Positions 60,028-64,000 of a stretch of 64,000 bases of DNA are shown here, one piece after another. The notes under the pieces are model-generated. The model had not been told where the DNA came from. It saw only the letters and a list, made by a program, of their open reading frames with translations, and did not search any database. The position numbers and the translations under genes are program-made. How positions within the stretch are numbered: the first letter of the stretch is position 1; every line of letters starts with the position of its first letter. Source of the DNA: Nitrospirota bacterium (GTDB lineage: Bacteria > Nitrospirota > UBA9217); NCBI GenBank assembly GCA_963840455.1, contig CAWIYV010000007.1, positions 509,022 to 573,021 of the forward strand, in the 5' to 3' direction.

Positions 60028-63000
60028 TTACACCGCCCACTCCGGGGCAAGCAGCTCCGCCTGCTGTAGTACGGTCAGGGTCGCCCGTTCCTGTCTGTCT
60101 GGTGGATAGCCATACTTGCGAAGAATACGCTTCACGATCACCCGCAGCTTTGCTTTGACCGATTCCTTCACCGTCCAATCGATGGACGTATTCTTGCGCA
60201 CAGTCTCTACCAGCTCACGGGCTATCGATTTAAGCGTCTCGTCCCCGAGAACCTTCACAGCGCTTTCATTCACTTCCAGGGCCTCGTAGAATGCAACCTC
60301 GTCGTCGTTAAGCCCGAGGTCCTCGCCGTCGCTTCTCAGCCTCTCGCATGTCCTTGGCGATGCCGATCAATTCCTCGATGATCTGGGCTGTCTCGATGGC
60401 ACGGTTCTGGTAGCGCCGGATCGTCTCTTCCAGCATTTGGCCGAATGACCGCGCCTGTACCAGGTGCCGCTTGGCCCGTGTCTTGATCTCGTTGTTCAGA
60501 AGTTTCCGTAAGAGTTCTACAGCCAGGTTCTTCTGCGGCAGACCCCGGACCTCGGCAAGGAACTCGTCGGAGAGGATCGAGATGTCCGGCTTCTTGAGAC
60601 CCGCTGCCGCGAAGATGTCGATCACCTCGCCGGGAGCAATGGCGTGCGAGACGATCTGCTGGATGGCAAAGTTCATCTCCTTCTTTCGGTCTTTCCACCG
60701 GTCGGCTCGCTCTTGACCAGTGCGGCCTTCACTGCCTGGAAGAAGGCGACGTCATCACGGATACGAAGGGCATCCTCGTGCGGTACTGACAGGGCGAACG
60801 CCTTCGACAGGTCAATCACTGCCTTCACAATCCTCGTCTTCCCGTCCTCCTGCTTAAGAATATGTTCCTGTGCCGAAGGAAGGACCGAAAGCTGGGCAGC
60901 AGCCTTACCGGTCTTCCAAGCTGACCAGTCGAAGCCATGGAACATCCCGAGGCACTCCGTACTTTTTGAGCATCAGCGCCACGGCCTCTGCCTGGTCGAT
61001 GGCTGTCTCTCCTGTGCCGCCGCTCTCTGTATACGCTGCCAGAGCATTCCTGAGTTGGTCGGCCAAACCCAGATAATCCACGACCAGTCCGCCGGGCTTG
61101 TCCCGGAACACGCGGTTGACCCGCGCGATAGCCTGCATCAGGCCGTGGCCGCGCATGGGTTTGTCTACATGGTATGCAAACAGGGCACGTCGAATCCGGT
61201 CAGCCACATGTCGCGCACCAGTACGATCTTGAAGGGGTCTTTCGGGAGCTTGAACCTATTGGCCAGGACTTCCCTTCTGGGCTTGTTCCTGATGTGCTGC
61301 TGCCAGTAGGGGATCGGATGCCGAGCCGGTCATCACGACCTTGATCGCGCCTTTGTCATCATCCTCGGAATGCCACTCAGGCCGGAGCTTCACGATAGCC
61401 TGATACAGGTCCACGCAGATGCGCCTGCTCATGCAGACCACCATTGCCTTGCCGACTATGGCCTCCTGCCGCTTCTCGAAGTGCTCCACGAGATCGCGGG
61501 CGATCACGCTCACGCGCTTCTCCGTGCCAACGACTGCCTCAAGGGCGGCCCACTTGGTCTTGAGCTTCTCCTTGCGCTCGACCTCTTCCCCTTCTGTTGC
61601 CTCGTCGAACTCCGGGTCAACCTTCGGCTTCGGCGTCCTTCAGGTCCAGCTTCGCGTACCTGCTCTCGTAGTAGATCGGCACGGTCGCGCCGTCCAGCAC
61701 AGCTCGCTGGATGTCGTAGATGCTGAGCTGAAATCACCGAAAACCGCCCGGGTGTTCTTATCCGTCAGTTCGATCGGCGTTCCGGTGAATCCGATGAATG
61801 AGGCATTCGGCAGAGCATCGCGCATGTGACGTGCATAGCCATCAATGAAATCGTAGTTGCTGCGGTGGGCTTCGTCAGCGATCACGACGATATTCCTGCG
61901 GTCTGAGAGCATGGGGATGTATCGCCTTTTTCCTCGGGGAAGAACTTCTGGATAGTGGTGAACACCACACCGCCTGACGCTACCTGTAACAGTTCGCGGA
62001 GATGCTTTCGGTCTGCGGCTTGACAGGTGCCTGCCGTAGAAGCTCATGACAGCGCGAGAAGGTGCCGAAGAGCCGGTCGTCCAGGTCGTTTCGATCCGTC
62101 AAGACGACAAGCGTCTGGTTTTCCATTGCAGAGGACGGAGGACCACTTTCCCGGCATAGAACGCCATTGTCAGGCTCTTTCCCGATCCCTGCGTGTGCCA
62201 TACCACGCCCACGCGCTTATCACCCAAATCTCGCTTCTCTTTCGCTCCTCCGCTTATCAGCTCGGGAGTAATAGACACCAAGTTCCTCGGCACTCTTCAC
62301 CCTACTTATCCGCCGCTCGGAGTGTTTCTTCCAAAGCCCGCGTTCACGGCATGATATTGATGGTAGCCTGCCATCTTCTTTACAAGCTGACCGCCGCCTT
62401 CATCCTCGAACACGATGAAATGCCGGATCAGGTCAAGAAACCGGCGTTTGTCAAAAATCCCGAGCAGCAATACCTCAATCTGAGGCATTTGAGTAGGCGC
62501 AAGTGTCTCGCCCTCGATGGTCCGCCAGGGGAATACATGAACCGCTCCCGATCAGCCGTGAGCGTGCCGATTCTGGCTTCGAGCCCGTCGGAGATAATGA
62601 GCGCGGGATCGTAAAGGAAGAGCGAGGGGATCTGCTGTTTGTAGGTCTGGAGTTGGTTGAGGCTGACCAGTCGCAGCGTTCTCGTCAGCAGGGTTCTTGA
62701 GTTCAATCACACCGAGCGGCAGCCATTCACGAAGATAACGATATCAGGGCGACGGTTATACTTGCCTTCGATCACCGCGAACTGGTTGACGACAAGCCAG
62801 TCGTTTTTCTCAGGATTCTCGAAGTCAATCACCCGGACCGTCACCCCATGCCCGCCGTCAGGCCGGACGATGTCGATGGGCACGCCGTTTACGAGATAGT
62901 TGTGGGTAGTGTGGTTGTTTCGGATCAAGGAAACTTGGGCGGGATGCAGAAGTCTACGGATCGCCTCGTCGATAACAGATACATCAAAGGAAGGATTCAG

Positions 63001-63164
63001 CCGGGCTAGGCATCAGTCAGCCGCGCTTTCAGAACGACTTCGCCGAACTCAGACCGCTCGGCAAGAAGCTCGCCTGGGGCGATGCTTGGGCCGGAAAGGA
63101 CAGTACAGCCAAGCCCATTCAGCCAGGAAAGCACGGTTTGTTCAAGGTCGTTCTCGTTTAGCAT
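60028..63164 (-). pseudogene. hsdR: type I restriction endonuclease subunit R, many frameshifts (decay or read errors)
   Basis: Fragments [56 protein letters not shown] (DUF3387-type end); ATG 63164. Confidence 0.9.
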
Positions 63165-63185
63165 CAATTATGCTCAGCGGGCAAA

Positions 63186-64000
63186 TTAAAACAATCGCTC
63201 CGATAGTGAAACCACACAATACCGAGTTGGCTTCTTTAAGCTTTTCAAGTGTGCCCTCTTTAACCAGCCGCTCCAGCCACTCCTTTGCCTGGCTCTTGGA
63301 AACCCCTAGCATTTGAGCAACATCCACATCTGTATGAGGAATATTCAGGTTTCGAAGAAGTTCCGGTTTATCGAACAATTCTATCGGCAGGCTTTGCAAC
63401 AGCGTCAGGATTCTGATTCGAGGACACTTGCACACTCTGGGGAGCAAGCGGTTCTATCAATGGGTTAATTTGCCCTTCCCGCACCGCGAATGATAGTTCG
63501 TCTGTCCAGGCGCACTCTGTTCAGGGTAACTTTTTGCTGCCATAGCTTCTACAAGTGCTTCCGGCGTTTCGGGATTTGGCCAAGGCAAAGCGCCATTTCT
63601 CCGAAGCGCATCAAGTCCGCTATTCGTTTCTCCCGTGGTCCTGACATAGATCGGACAAAGTGCAGCTTTTTTAGCTGCTCGATTGCCGCTCACGTCCGCC
63701 CTTTTCTACGTCGGAATTGACAACAAGCGCCGCGTCTGAAAAGCGTAAATCAGTTTATTGCGCTGCATAGCGTGCCCGACGTTAAATCCCGCTGACGGAT
63801 CATAAGACGATATCAGAACCAGTCGGCCTTCCATCTAGAAACTCGCGATGCTCGCGAACAAGCGCCATCCGTTCAAGACTGTCTGACAGCACGCCAATAA
63901 CCCGTCCGCCTTCCGTTAAGCGCCCTTCATCGCAGCTCTATCCATCCCACGCGCGCCTCCCGAAACAATCGTTTTCTGCGCCCCTGCTGCCAGCCTACCG
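63186..64000 (-). pseudogene. DprA/Smf-like protein with C-terminal wHTH, frameshifted, 5' end outside window
   Basis: Fragments [55 protein letters not shown]. Confidence 0.78.

Overview
GC-rich Gram-negative bacterial chromosome segment; gene content and order suggest Nitrospirota/Desulfobacterota (inference). 1-25.3 kb (minus): envelope supercluster with wzt/wzm, fcl, gmd, O-antigen ligase, glycosyltransferases, gmhB, lpxK, waaA, DUF374, msbA, lpxB, gnnB/gnnA-like, lpxI, lpxA, fabZ, lpxD, skp, bamA, hemW and a GNAT. Then clpC (+), an FAD oxidoreductase and the rimP-nusA-ylxR/L7Ae-infB-DUF503-rbfA-nrnA-truB-rpsO-pnp cluster. 40-53.2 kb is an accessory polymorphic-toxin island: FN3/Ig/FlgD surface protein, Cys-rich secreted protein, signal-peptide RHS toxin with immunity candidate, an IS30-interrupted orphan RHS-Tlde1 module, HigBA and an RHS stub. 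After it come prmA, lolD/lolE, palindromic intergenic elements, lysS and a heavily frameshifted hsdR/DprA-like defence locus. Top candidate new system: both orphan RHS modules start at exactly the same junction, a palindromic ATGATC-GTTGTG-GATCAT core fused to a conserved ~130-bp non-RHS arm. This suggests site-specific (att-like) RHS toxin-cassette exchange. No tRNA, rRNA or CRISPR array seen. All family calls are from motif recognition, not database searches.
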